Numbered from the stretch's first letter, positions 18,920-27,741 are shown. The stretch is DNA of 64,000 bases from Kofleriaceae bacterium (GCA_036499725.1 DASYDE010000107.1:22095-86094), one strand, 5' to 3'. Numbers and translations: made by a program. The notes: generated from the sequence alone by a model not told the origin.

Positions 18920-20806
18920 TCAGTGGCGGTTGCGCTCTTCGTCTTCGCGCTTCCGCTTCTCGTCTTCGTCTTTGCGGCGCTGCTCGTCCTGCTTGCGGCG
19001 CTCTTCGTCGTCGCGCTTGCGATCCTCTTCGCGCTTCTTGTCCTCGTCGGCGCGCTTCCGATCCTCGTCCTCGCGCTTGTGGCGATCTTCTTCGGCGCGC
19101 TTCTTGTCGTCGTCGTCACGCTTCTTGCGCTCTTCATCGCGCTTGCGATCGTCGTCCTGCTTGCGCTGCTCGTCATCGTGCTTGCGCTGCTCTTCGGCGC
19201 GCTTGCGATCGTCGTCTTCCTTCTTCTTGTCCTCGTCGAACTTCTTGCGCCGCTCCTCGTCGAGCTTCTTGCGATCCTCGTCGTCCTTCTTGCGGCGCTC
19301 TTCGTCCTCGCGCTTGCGCTTGTCGTCGTCGTTCTTGCGCTGCTCTTCGTCCTTCTTGCGACGGTCTTCGTCCGCACGCTTGCGATCGTCTTCGTCGTGC
19401 TTGCGCTTGTCCTCGTCGTCGCGCTTGCGCTTCTGCTCTTCCTCGTTGCGACGCTTGTCTTCTTCGACGTGCTTCCTGTCGTCGTCTTCGCGCTTCTTCT
19501 TTAGCTCGTCCTCGCGCTTGGAGATTTCCTCTTGGCGTCGCCGATCCGCCTCCGTGCGGCTCTGGTCGAGCCGGCGGCGTTCCTCGTCGAGCTTGCGGCG
19601 CTCTTCTTCATCTTTGCGGCGCTCGTCCTCGCGGCGGCGTTGACGCTCGTCTTCCTGGCGCTTCTGCTCGTCCTGGAAGCGGCGCTGCTGTTCCTCGTCC
19701 TTGCGGCGATCGTCTTCGCGCTGGCGCGTCTCGGCATCGAGGCGGCGTTGCTGATCGTCGGCGCGGCGGCGCTCGGCGTCATCGCGCTCCTGCTGGATGC
19801 GGCGCTCGTGCTCGACCTCTTCGCTGCGGCGCTGGTTGTCCTCGGCCTCGCGGCGACGCGCAGAGGCACGCGCTTGCGCTTCTCGCACGCGGGCAGCGTC
19901 CCACCGGCCCATGTCGTTGACCGCGGTCTTCTCGTGCTTGGTGCCGAGCTTGTGCTTGCGGAGCCACTTGTCGTCGGGGCCCGCGACCCACTGCAGCTTC
20001 TGATTGCGGTTGTAGCGGTGGATGCGGATGGTGCCTTTGACGTAGGCGCTCCAGTTCGAGCGCACGAACACGCGGCGCAGATCCGGGTTGGTCAGCTGCG
20101 TCGCGGGGACAAAGCGCCACTGCTCGTCGGGAACGTACGTGTTCTCCGAAAAGCCGAGCGGCGCCCATCCGACCCAACCGTCGCCCACACGCCACTGCAC
20201 CCAGGACGGTCCCCACGTCAGATCGGGAACCCAGACCCAGCGATTCGACCAGACCCAGCGGCCGTAGTGATCCGTCGCCCAACCGAACGAATCGCCGGAG
20301 ATCCACATCCAGCCGTAGTCGGTGTTGCGCCAGCGACCGTTCGTGTACGGCTGGTAATTCGGCGTCTTCGGGACGAACACGGAGCCGTGCGTCGGATCGT
20401 CGATCCACGTACCGTCGCCCTCGAGGTCCTCGTAGAACGTCTCGACGCTGTCGACGGTGGAGCCCGGCGGCTGTGCGCGGGTCGCGACGTACACCGGCGT
20501 GACGTTCTCGTCGGCGCCGATCGGTTGGTCGTACTCCGCGGGCAATCCTTGCGGTGCCGGAACGTCGGGCGCGATGGGCTCGCCGCTCGTCGAACCGTTG
20601 GACGCTGTCTGGCCGTAGCCGTTCTGCGGACTGGGAGCGTTTGGATCATTGCCCGGCGCACCGTGCTGCTGCGGATAACCCTGCTGCGGGTAGCCCTGCT
20701 GCTGCGGATAACCCTGGTTCGGGTTGCCGTAGTAGCCGTATTGCGGTGGCGGCGTGGACTGCGGAACGCACGCCGACAACAGCACCAAGCAGAGCCACTT
20801 CCTCAT
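18920..20806 (-). CDS. lipoprotein with QGYPQQ repeats, a Trp-rich repeat domain and a ~330-aa E/R/K/D-only C-terminal region
   Basis: 628 aa. Lipobox LVLLSAC|VPQ. Trp-rich segment YGWMWISGDSFGWATDHYGRWVWSNRWVWVPDLTWGPSWVQWRVGDGWVGWAPLG. The C-terminal third is almost purely E/D/R/K. Confidence 0.8.
   Translation of the reverse strand: MRKWLCLVLLSACVPQSTPPPQYGYYGNPNQGYPQQQGYPQQGYPQQHGAPGNDPNAPSPQNGYGQTASNGSTSGEPIAPDVPAPQGLPAEYDQPIGADENVTPVYVATRAQPPGSTVDSVETFYEDLEGDGTWIDDPTHGSVFVPKTPNYQPYTNGRWRNTDYGWMWISGDSFGWATDHYGRWVWSNRWVWVPDLTWGPSWVQWRVGDGWVGWAPLGFSENTYVPDEQWRFVPATQLTNPDLRRVFVRSNWSAYVKGTIRIHRYNRNQKLQWVAGPDDKWLRKHKLGTKHEKTAVNDMGRWDAARVREAQARASARRREAEDNQRRSEEVEHERRIQQERDDAERRRADDQQRRLDAETRQREDDRRKDEEQQRRFQDEQKRQEDERQRRREDERRKDEEERRKLDEERRRLDQSRTEADRRRQEEISKREDELKKKREDDDRKHVEEDKRRNEEEQKRKRDDEDKRKHDEDDRKRADEDRRKKDEEQRKNDDDKRKREDEERRKKDDEDRKKLDEERRKKFDEDKKKEDDDRKRAEEQRKHDDEQRKQDDDRKRDEERKKRDDDDKKRAEEDRHKREDEDRKRADEDKKREEDRKRDDEERRKQDEQRRKDEDEKRKREDEERNRH
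18923..19900 (-). repeat. low-complexity E/D/R/K-coding region, A-depleted on the plus strand
   Basis: About 1 kb in which the plus strand is nearly all C/T/G; several 60-nt lines contain 0-3 A. The ORF track shows long ORFs in many frames and on both strands here. Confidence 0.85.
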
Positions 20807-20872
20807 GCGTTCACCATGATAGCGCGCATCGCTACCTCGATCCGGACGAGTCAGCCAAGCCGAAAGTCGCAG

Positions 20873-21451
20873 CTACGCTCCGCCGGCTTTGGCGAGCTTC
20901 TTCCCGATGGCCTGCAGCCGCTGGTGCAGCGAGTGCGCTTGCGTCGCTAGCTCCTCGAATTCAGCCTCGTTCGCGGCCTTGGCCAGCTGCTCGGCCCGGT
21001 CGGCCAGCGCCAGTGCCGTCGCGGACACGTCGCGCGCATCCTCGGCCGTGGGTGCCGCCGCCGGTGCGGTCGCGTCGCCGTTGCCACCGCGGTGCTGGAT
21101 GGCGGCGTTGAGCCCGCTCACCTCGCCCGCCACGCTGGTCAGCTCGCCCATGAGCTCGCGCAGCTTCTCGTTGCGCTTCTGCAGCATCGGCACGTGGTCG
21201 ACGACGCCCTTGGCCAGCGTCTCCTGCTGCTGCCGCGCTGCCGCCAACACCTTCACGAGATCCTGCCCTGCCGCCTGCAGCTTGCCCTCGGCGTTCGCGA
21301 TCTCGGAGAGTGTCTGATTCGCGCGCTCGAGGTGCTTCACGCTCGACAGCGGCGTCTTGATGAACAGCTCGCCGAGGCGCGAATAACTCGCGAGCTCCTC
21401 GGCAAATACAGCCGCCGCTTGCTCCAGCGCGGACGTGTCGGGCTTGGACAT
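20873..21451 (-). CDS. hypothetical coiled-coil protein
   Basis: 192 aa, Ala/Glu/Leu/Lys-rich heptad-like sequence. Sits in the same-strand gene series between the 1103-aa protein and the ER/K lipoprotein. Confidence 0.6.
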   Translation of the reverse strand: MSKPDTSALEQAAAVFAEELASYSRLGELFIKTPLSSVKHLERANQTLSEIANAEGKLQAAGQDLVKVLAAARQQQETLAKGVVDHVPMLQKRNEKLRELMGELTSVAGEVSGLNAAIQHRGGNGDATAPAAAPTAEDARDVSATALALADRAEQLAKAANEAEFEELATQAHSLHQRLQAIGKKLAKAGGA

Positions 21452-21490
21452 CGCGGCACTCTACGACAGAGCGCTGCGGCCGGTGAGTGT

Positions 21491-24400
21491 CTACTTGCCC
21501 TTCTTCAGCGTGACGGAGACGTGGTCGTTATCCTTCTTACTGTAGAACTTCTCCGTCACGGTGCCGTAGCCCTTCTTCTCGAACGTGAGCGTCAGCGTCG
21601 AGAAGCCCATCAGGCTCACGCTCGTCGGCGTCGTGCCGGCGCGGCGTCCACCGATCGAGACCGTTGCGCCTGCAGGGCTGCTCGTCACGGTCACCGCGTG
21701 CGTCGGACGCGAGAGCTGCACGTCGACGTTGGCGGGCGTACCCTCCGTCGGGACGACCCACTTGGTCGTCGCCGCGTAGCGCGCGTGGTTGATCTCGATC
21801 TTCGTGCGCTTGCAGGCGCCTGCCACCGTCACTGGCGACGGACCGACGGTCTGGTCATCGACCTTCACGATCGAGCCCGCCGGCGTCGACGCGATCTCCA
21901 TCCGGCACGGGCCCGTGCCCACCACCACCGGCGCGTCGCTCTCGCTCGGCGTCTCGTCGGGATCAGCCGCCTTCGGCTCCTCGACCTTCGGGGCGACGAC
22001 CGTCGTCTCCGGGCGAGCCACCGTCGCGTCGTTCCTCGTCGCGATCGCGGGGGCCTTCGTCTCGACCTTCGTCTCGACCGGCGCCTTCGTCTCGGTCGGC
22101 GTCTTGACCACGGCCGCCGCAGCTTCGTTCTTCGGCGCGGGCTTCGCGACGTTCGTATCGATCGGGTGCGTGTTGCTCGTCGCGAGCTTTGTCGTCGGTG
22201 TGGTCGTCGCGCTGTGCTCACCGCGTGTCGCGAGCAGAACGATCGCGATGATCGCCGCCGTCGCGACCGCCGCCGATCCTGCGATCACGATCAACCGTCG
22301 AGGACTGGCCGTCATCTGCGTGCGCTCGCGGCGCGGGCGCGGTGTCAGCGGTGTCGACGGTAGAGATGCCGCATGCATCGCGGGGTTGTGCTGCGCGTAC
22401 TGCGGCGGCGGATAGTTGTTCGGCTGCAGATAGTCGGCGGACGGATATCCGGGCTGCGCGAACGCGGGCGCCACGGGATAGCCGTTCGCGTCGACATTCG
22501 CGATCGCGCCTGGTCCGACGAGCGGATGCGCGCCCGGAGCCGCATCGGGCGCGGCAGTGCTCATCGGCTGCGGCGGGAACTGCCCCGTCGCGAATCGACC
22601 ACCGCGCTGCGGAATGAACGCGCCCGTCGTGTAATCGCGCCCTTGCGGCGGCGTCTGGCCCGTCGAGCGCTGCATGTCCATCTCGACCTGCTGCGTGGTC
22701 GTATCCGGCCGACCGAACTGCGGCTGCGTGTCGATGCGATTCACCTCGACGCGCGCAAAATTCGGTGTCGAGCGGCTCGGATCCGGGGTCTCCGCGCGCG
22801 CCCAGTTCGTCCGCGTCTCCGGCGGACCGAAGGGCGGAGGAGTCGTCGCCGCATGATCGCGCGCTGCGTCCTCGAGCTGCTGCGTGTAGCTCGGGCCGAG
22901 GAGCATCGGGATCGGCGTCTGCTCGGGCGAGAACATCTCGCTCTGCGCGCGGCGCGCATTGAACGCGGTCGGCGATAGCCCATGCGGTGATTGATTGCTG
23001 AAGCTGACGTTCACGTCATTCTGGCCGTGAGGCATCGGCTGCGTCGATCCGCCACGCATCTGCGGCGGCGCCGCGTAGCCGGTCGTCGGGAGCGGCTGCG
23101 TGTTGGCCGTCGGCAGCTGCCCCATATACGAGTGCTGATTCGGCATCGGCCCGATGTACGAGGGCTGGCGATCGGTGACGTCGCCGGGGCGCAGGGCCTG
23201 GATCGGCGAGAGCTGGTTCGGCAGCGGCGGCTGGATGAGATCGCCAACATCGACGAGGCCCGTGTCCTCGGCGCGATAGAAGTTGCCGGTCTCCTCGTAG
23301 AGCGCGCAGTCGATGAAGCCCTCGAGCGACGCGTCCGTCAGGTTCATGAGCGGATTCGCGGGGAGGACGAACGAAGAACCAGGCGTGCGCGTCTCCTCGG
23401 GCCGCGTCGCTTTGGGCGCGCCGGGATTCACCACGGGCGTCGCCGCGATGGGCCCCGATTCGATCTTCGCGATCGGACCGGTGTCGACCGTCACTCTCGC
23501 GACCGGACCCGACTCGAGCGCGGACTTCGCGATCGGACCGAGCTCGTACGCCGACTTCGCTCCCGAAATCGTCGGGACCGGCCCCGTATCGACCGTCACT
23601 CTCGCGACCGGACCCGACTCGAGCGCGGACTTCGCGATCGGACCGAGCTCATATGTCGACTTCGCGACGAGCTTCGTCGGCACCGCGGCCGCGGTGAGCT
23701 TGTTCTGAATATCGACGGTCTTCTCGTCGAACGACTCCGTGTCGACCTCCGTCGTGTGCCGCTCGTCCTTCGCGATCGTTTCCTTCGCGACGGGCGCGGT
23801 ACCTTCCGCGCGCAGCTTCACCGATTCGATCTTCGCGACGTCGGGAACCGCGCGCACGACCGGGATCGCCGTCGGCGGCGTGATCCTCATCGCACTCGGC
23901 AGCGGCGGTGGTGCCGTCGGAGATCCGGCGGGCGGGGTCGCTCCATCCTTGAGCCGCGGAATCGGCTGCGAGGGCGTCGCGAACTTCGTCACCGGCATCG
24001 GCGGCATCTGCTTCGTCGGCTTCGCACCGACGGCCGGCGTATCCGAGTCGGTCGTCGGCAGTGCGGGGAACGCGTTCGCGACGATCGGCTTTCCGGTCGC
24101 GGGCGTCGCGGGCGTCTTGAGGAGTGCGCCGATCGCCTGCGTCGCCTTGTGATTGATCGGAGCGAGGCCGTCGCGCGTGCCCTTGGGAAGCAGCGGCGGA
24201 GGTTCGAGCTTCGGAGCCGCTGCTGGCGTCGGTGCAGGGGCCGCCGCTTCCGCCTCGGTCATCGCCCGCTTCGCGGCCGCCTCGAGCGCGGCTTTGGATT
24301 CCTTCGCCGCGGCGGCAGTTTCGGAAGCGACCAGATCCATCGCGGCGTTCGCGGCGGCGTCGAACGCGGCCTGCGCGGCAGCAGGATCGTGCATCGCCTT

Positions 24401-24802
24401 TTGCGGCGCGGTCGCGGGTTGCGCTGCCTCGGCGGCGATGCGCGCCTGTTGGAGCTGCTTGAAGACAGCGATGCTGTCGTTCGTCAGTCGCCGCACGTCG
24501 AGGCGAACGCCGGGACGGCCGAATCGATTGGCGGGCGTGGACCACGCTTCGACGACAACGCAGAGGCCACGAAGGACGGGCGTCTTGTCCTCGAGCTGGA
24601 TCGAGAACGCGGTCTCCAGACCGACGGGGCGAGTAGCGAGTGTCGCGACGAAGAACGACGTCTCGTCGCAGAAGCGGTGGAACGTCGCGACGAACTGCTC
24701 GGCGGACGTACAACGCGTAGCGACGCAGAGCGCTTTCTGCTTCTCCACCGGCCGGTCGGCCAGCGTCGCGTTACCCCCATCGACGGAACTCATCGCCGGC
24801 AC
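21491..24802 (-). CDS. large single-pass membrane protein: N-terminal degenerate PilZ-like domain, Pro-rich region, TM, C-terminal PEGA domains
   Basis: 1103 aa. The N-terminus (ETSFFVATLATRPVGLE...VLRGLCVVVEAW...GRPGVRLDVRRL) resembles the myxobacterial PilZ-related paralogous domain. TM segment LIVIAGSAAVATAAIIAIVLLA. Two PEGA-type units (IASTPAGSIVKVDDQTVGPSP; VTSSPAGATVSIGGRRAGTTP). Confidence 0.8.
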   Translation of the reverse strand: MPAMSSVDGGNATLADRPVEKQKALCVATRCTSAEQFVATFHRFCDETSFFVATLATRPVGLETAFSIQLEDKTPVLRGLCVVVEAWSTPANRFGRPGVRLDVRRLTNDSIAVFKQLQQARIAAEAAQPATAPQKAMHDPAAAQAAFDAAANAAMDLVASETAAAAKESKAALEAAAKRAMTEAEAAAPAPTPAAAPKLEPPPLLPKGTRDGLAPINHKATQAIGALLKTPATPATGKPIVANAFPALPTTDSDTPAVGAKPTKQMPPMPVTKFATPSQPIPRLKDGATPPAGSPTAPPPLPSAMRITPPTAIPVVRAVPDVAKIESVKLRAEGTAPVAKETIAKDERHTTEVDTESFDEKTVDIQNKLTAAAVPTKLVAKSTYELGPIAKSALESGPVARVTVDTGPVPTISGAKSAYELGPIAKSALESGPVARVTVDTGPIAKIESGPIAATPVVNPGAPKATRPEETRTPGSSFVLPANPLMNLTDASLEGFIDCALYEETGNFYRAEDTGLVDVGDLIQPPLPNQLSPIQALRPGDVTDRQPSYIGPMPNQHSYMGQLPTANTQPLPTTGYAAPPQMRGGSTQPMPHGQNDVNVSFSNQSPHGLSPTAFNARRAQSEMFSPEQTPIPMLLGPSYTQQLEDAARDHAATTPPPFGPPETRTNWARAETPDPSRSTPNFARVEVNRIDTQPQFGRPDTTTQQVEMDMQRSTGQTPPQGRDYTTGAFIPQRGGRFATGQFPPQPMSTAAPDAAPGAHPLVGPGAIANVDANGYPVAPAFAQPGYPSADYLQPNNYPPPQYAQHNPAMHAASLPSTPLTPRPRRERTQMTASPRRLIVIAGSAAVATAAIIAIVLLATRGEHSATTTPTTKLATSNTHPIDTNVAKPAPKNEAAAAVVKTPTETKAPVETKVETKAPAIATRNDATVARPETTVVAPKVEEPKAADPDETPSESDAPVVVGTGPCRMEIASTPAGSIVKVDDQTVGPSPVTVAGACKRTKIEINHARYAATTKWVVPTEGTPANVDVQLSRPTHAVTVTSSPAGATVSIGGRRAGTTPTSVSLMGFSTLTLTFEKKGYGTVTEKFYSKKDNDHVSVTLKKGK
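23475..23665 (-). repeat. in-frame 105-bp tandem duplication inside the PEGA-protein gene
   Basis: 62 nt are identical between 23484-23545 and 23589-23650 (period 105 nt, 35 aa). They encode two copies of (Y)ELGPIAKSALESGPVARVTVDTGP. Confidence 0.9.
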
Positions 24803-24874
24803 AATAATTCTCGCGCACGTTCCCGCCGGACGCGATGTGGGTACGCGCGCAGCTTGATGTGGGTGTGCGGGCTA

Positions 24875-25774
24875 CTACTGCGCGTCGAGTGCGGGAGCTG
24901 CCATCCGCGGGCCGTAGAACCGCATGCTCGCGAGGATCAGCGTCTCGTTGCCGCCGCTGACTTCCTTGCGGGCGGCGATGTCGATCCCCCAGCGGATGTT
25001 CGAGATCCCGAGGCCGCCGGTGAAGTACTTCGAGTCGAGCCCCGTGTCGGCGAGCCCACCGATCCTGAGCGGGATGCCGTAGTCGCCTGCGCGGAGGAAC
25101 AGCTCGCCGCCGCCGCCGTAGCGAGCGCCGTCACCGTTGGTCTTCCAGCGGGAATCGAACGAGATCGAGAGGATGTCGATCGGGCGCGCGAGAATGCCGC
25201 CGCCGATCGCGCGGGGGAACTGCGTGGAGTCCTTCGTGCCGACGAGGTTCTGCCCCGACAGGCCGATGTTGATGATGTCGGTCAGCCGCACCGTCGCGCC
25301 TGCGTCGAACTGGAAACCGCTCGCGGCCTTCTCATCCATCACATCGGAGGTGAAGCGGTAGTACTTGCTGGCCATGCCGACCATCACGCGCGGAACGAGC
25401 ACGCGCGAGAGCGACAGACCAAAGACGTTGGTCGTGCGGCTGCTGCTCGAACCATTGAGATCGGGCGAGCTGCTCGCGCGGTCGTAGAAGAAGCAGCCGG
25501 GAACGAGGTTCGTGGAGTCGCACGCCGACACGCCGATCAGCGACGCCGAGTCAGAACCGCGATACCCGTAACCGCCTTCGAACACGAGCTCGCGGTTGAG
25601 CGGGAGACCGGCCGGGTTGAGCCCGATCGACGAGCCGCCGGTCGCGCCACCGCGCATCGCTTCGCCGACCGCGATCTCGCGCGGACCGAGGAGGTCATCG
25701 AGCGAATCGGACTCTGCAGACGCAGTGGCCACGAACAGCGATGACACCGCTACGACGGGGATCCACAGGCGCAT
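24875..25774 (-). CDS. putative outer-membrane beta-barrel protein
   Basis: Start re-set to ATG 25774 (signal peptide MRLWIPVVAVSSLFVATASA|ES), because an intrinsic terminator occupies 25865-25897. Gly/Ser-rich alternating beta pattern; GGSSIGLNPAGL is reminiscent of FadL/PorV-type barrels. Confidence 0.6.
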   Translation of the reverse strand: MRLWIPVVAVSSLFVATASAESDSLDDLLGPREIAVGEAMRGGATGGSSIGLNPAGLPLNRELVFEGGYGYRGSDSASLIGVSACDSTNLVPGCFFYDRASSSPDLNGSSSSRTTNVFGLSLSRVLVPRVMVGMASKYYRFTSDVMDEKAASGFQFDAGATVRLTDIINIGLSGQNLVGTKDSTQFPRAIGGGILARPIDILSISFDSRWKTNGDGARYGGGGELFLRAGDYGIPLRIGGLADTGLDSKYFTGGLGISNIRWGIDIAARKEVSGGNETLILASMRFYGPRMAAPALDAQ

Positions 25775-25864
25775 GCCGGAGTGTTTGCGCAGTTTTCCCG
25801 TCGAGGCAACAAACGCGCAGCCGGGAGCACTCCCTCTCACCGAGCCCACGCGCACGCCGAAACG

Positions 25865-25897
25865 AAAAAACAGCGTGAAGGCCGAGGCCCGCACGCT
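25865..25897 (-). terminator. Rho-independent terminator downstream of the RRM gene
   Basis: Minus strand reads AGCGTG-CGGGCCTCGGCCTT-CACGCT-G-TTTTTT. That is a 6-bp outer stem plus inner GGC/GCC pairs, followed by a T6 run, about 30 nt after the stop at 25929. It is the only clean stem-plus-U-tract terminator I found in the window. Confidence 0.8.
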
Positions 25898-25928
25898 GCT
25901 TGCGCTTCGTTAGGTCGAAGCTAGCTGA

Positions 25929-26393
25929 TTACCAGCGATCGCCGCCGCCGCCGCCACGGCCACCGCCGCCACGACCACCACGGCCGCCGCGACCACCACC
26001 ACCGTCGCCACCACCACCGTAGCCGCCGCCGCCACCGCGGTCACCGCCACCGCCGTACCCGCCGCCACCACCGCCACCGCCACCGAAGCCGCCACCACCG
26101 CCGCCGCCGCGGTAACCACCGCCGCCGCCGCCGCCGCCGCGCTGCTGGCGCTCCTCGGCCTGGTTGACGCGGAGCGGGCGACCGTCGAGGGTGCGACCGT
26201 CCATGCCTTCAATGGCCTTGGCCGCCTCTTCAGCGGTGCCCATGGTCACGAACGCGAAACCGCGCGAGCGACCCGTCTCGCGATCGGAGACGAGGTGGAC
26301 GTCGCTGACGGTACCGAACTCTTGGAAACCGGCGCGGACGCCATCAGCAGTGGTGTTAAACGAGAGATTGCCAACGTACAGACGAGTATTCAT
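25929..26393 (-). CDS. RRM-type RNA-binding protein with glycine-rich (GGY/RGG) tail
   Basis: 154 aa. RNP2 (LYVGNL) and RNP1 (RGFAFVTM) motifs, followed by about 65 aa of G-runs with interspersed R and Y. Confidence 0.9.
   Translation of the reverse strand: MNTRLYVGNLSFNTTADGVRAGFQEFGTVSDVHLVSDRETGRSRGFAFVTMGTAEEAAKAIEGMDGRTLDGRPLRVNQAEERQQRGGGGGGGGYRGGGGGGGFGGGGGGGGGYGGGGDRGGGGGYGGGGDGGGGRGGRGGRGGGGRGGGGGDRW
25940..26150 (-). repeat. GGN-codon low-complexity region (glycine-rich tail of the RRM protein)
   Basis: The plus strand is runs of CCGCCGCCACC. It encodes G-runs punctuated by R and Y. Confidence 0.9.
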
Positions 26394-26500
26394 CGCTTGC
26401 TCTATTCAGCCCTGAGAACGCATCTACCCACCCCAGAGGGGGCTCGGACATCCGAAGTGGGCTCGAACCTGGAGAATCAGCCCACTGAGCACCGGGGAAG
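26394..26500 (-). promoter_or_regulatory. structured 5' leader of the RRM gene (three consecutive hairpins)
   Basis: Plus-strand coordinates: GTGGGCT (26456-26462) pairs with AGCCCAC (26478-26484). Closer to the ATG lie TCGG/CCGA and CCCC/GGGG stems at about 26431-26455. Confidence 0.35.
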
Positions 26501-26711
26501 AGCGATCACCGAGGACGCGAACATCGCAGACAAAACGGGGAGCACTGGGAACCTGTGAACCGTGGCGAGTTCCAAATTACCCGTCTCCAAATCCGATTGC
26601 CACATGGTTTCGTGACCCGACTTACAAGATCCTGGATCCACTACGGATCAACGCGATAAATTGCCGAAACTACCGGCGCTTCTTGGGTGTCCGTAGTCGA
26701 GCCACCGCCTC

Positions 26712-27299
26712 ATGTCCGACGTCGAAAGAGCGCTCATCCGTCGCCTGCGAGATCGCGACGAACGTGCGTTCCGCGAGCTCCTCGAGCTGCATCGCGACCG
26801 TGTGTTCAACATCACGTACCGCATGCTCGGAAACCGCAGCGAGGCGGAGGACATCGCGCAGGAAGTCTTCATCACCGTCTTCAAGACGATCGACTCGTTC
26901 CGCGAGGAGTCGAAGTTCTCCACGTGGCTCTACCGCGTCGCGGTGAACCACACCAAGAACCGCATCAAGTACCTCGCGCGCCGGCACGAGCGGAAGCACG
27001 AATCGGTGGACGAGCGCAGCGAAGAGACCAACGGCGCGACCTCCGGCTCGCCCGCGCGCATCGCCCAGCCCGACAAGGCGCTGCAGACCGCGCAATCCGA
27101 GAAGCTGATCCAGGAAGCGATCGCAGCGCTCGATGATGATCAGCGCACGGTCGTCGTGCTGCGCGACATCGAGGAGCTCTCGATCGAAGAGATTTGCGAG
27201 ATCACCGGTCTGCCCGACGGTACGGTGAAGAGCCGTCTCCACCGCGCGCGCTTGGTGCTACGCAAGAAACTGCAACGACTCGAGGGCAACCATGAGTGA
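26712..27299 (+). CDS. ECF-type RNA polymerase sigma-70 factor
   Basis: 195 aa. Region 2 (AEDIAQEVFITVFK...FSTWLYRVAVNH) and region 4 (LDDDQRTVVVLRDIEELSIEEICEITGLPDGTVKSRLHRAR). Confidence 0.9.
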   Translation: MSDVERALIRRLRDRDERAFRELLELHRDRVFNITYRMLGNRSEAEDIAQEVFITVFKTIDSFREESKFSTWLYRVAVNHTKNRIKYLARRHERKHESVDERSEETNGATSGSPARIAQPDKALQTAQSEKLIQEAIAALDDDQRTVVVLRDIEELSIEEICEITGLPDGTVKSRLHRARLVLRKKLQRLEGNHE

Positions 27300-27741
27300 A
27301 TCCACCGAAGCAAACGCCGAGGAAGACGCGATCATCGTCGCGCTCAGCGACTACTTCGACGGCACGCTGCCGCCCGACAAGAAGAAGGAAGTCGAAGCGA
27401 AGATCGAGAACGACCCTGCGTGGAAAGCGATCCACGACGAGATGATAGGCACGCAGGAGAGCACCAAGCAGATCTCTGGTCTGATGAAGTCGCGCGTGCC
27501 GGCGCTCGATCAGAAGTTCGATAGCGACGTCACCAACACGATCCACAAGCGCAGCGGCGGACGATTCTTCGCGCGCAAGACGCTCGGTGATCGCGTGCCC
27601 GTCGGTGTGCTGCTCGCGATCGCGCTGCTCGTCATCGTCACGGTCGCGTACGTCTTGTGGACGTCGCAGACCGGCTCGCTGAAGGTCCACAAGGATCCAG
27701 CGCCCAAGCCGCCGGCGCCGACCGTGATCGAAAAGCCTTAG
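27292..27741 (+). CDS. membrane-anchored anti-sigma factor (no zinc-binding Cys/His motif)
   Basis: 149 aa. 8-nt overlap (ATGAGTGA) with the sigma gene. N-terminus LSDYFDGTLPPDKKKEVEAKIENDPAW resembles an anti-sigma N-domain but lacks Cys. Single TM VGVLLAIALLVIVTVAYVLW. Confidence 0.7.
   Translation: MSESTEANAEEDAIIVALSDYFDGTLPPDKKKEVEAKIENDPAWKAIHDEMIGTQESTKQISGLMKSRVPALDQKFDSDVTNTIHKRSGGRFFARKTLGDRVPVGVLLAIALLVIVTVAYVLWTSQTGSLKVHKDPAPKPPAPTVIEKP

Noticed and set aside
18316-19920. Several long ORFs on both strands across the E/D/R/K-coding region
   Set aside because: They are explained by A-depletion of the plus strand, which removes stop codons in most frames. They translate to Ser/Arg/Leu or Ala/Leu/Val monotony and lack credible starts.
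23475-23665. Possible CRISPR-like or intergenic tandem repeat arrays (this region and 33150-33615)
   Set aside because: Both are in-frame coding repeats inside long ORFs, with no spacer-repeat regularity and no cas genes. I saw no CRISPR array anywhere in the window.
22991-25744. 917-aa plus-strand ORF antisense to the PEGA protein and the beta-barrel gene
   Set aside because: An Arg-rich (RRRR, RDR runs) low-information translation that spans two well-supported minus-strand genes and their intergenic gap.
26456-26484. tRNA-like sequence on the minus strand (GCTCAGTGGGCTGA...GGTTCGAGCCCAC)
   Set aside because: It resembles D-loop and T-loop consensus strings, but the flanks do not form an acceptor stem, an anticodon arm or a 5-bp T stem. 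It folds instead as a simple 7-bp hairpin in the RRM gene leader.
26666-26695. Candidate ECF-type promoter (GAAAC ... CGTA) upstream of the 26712 sigma gene
   Set aside because: The spacing between the two elements is about 21 nt rather than the usual 16-17. It would also leave a very short leader. That is too weak to call.
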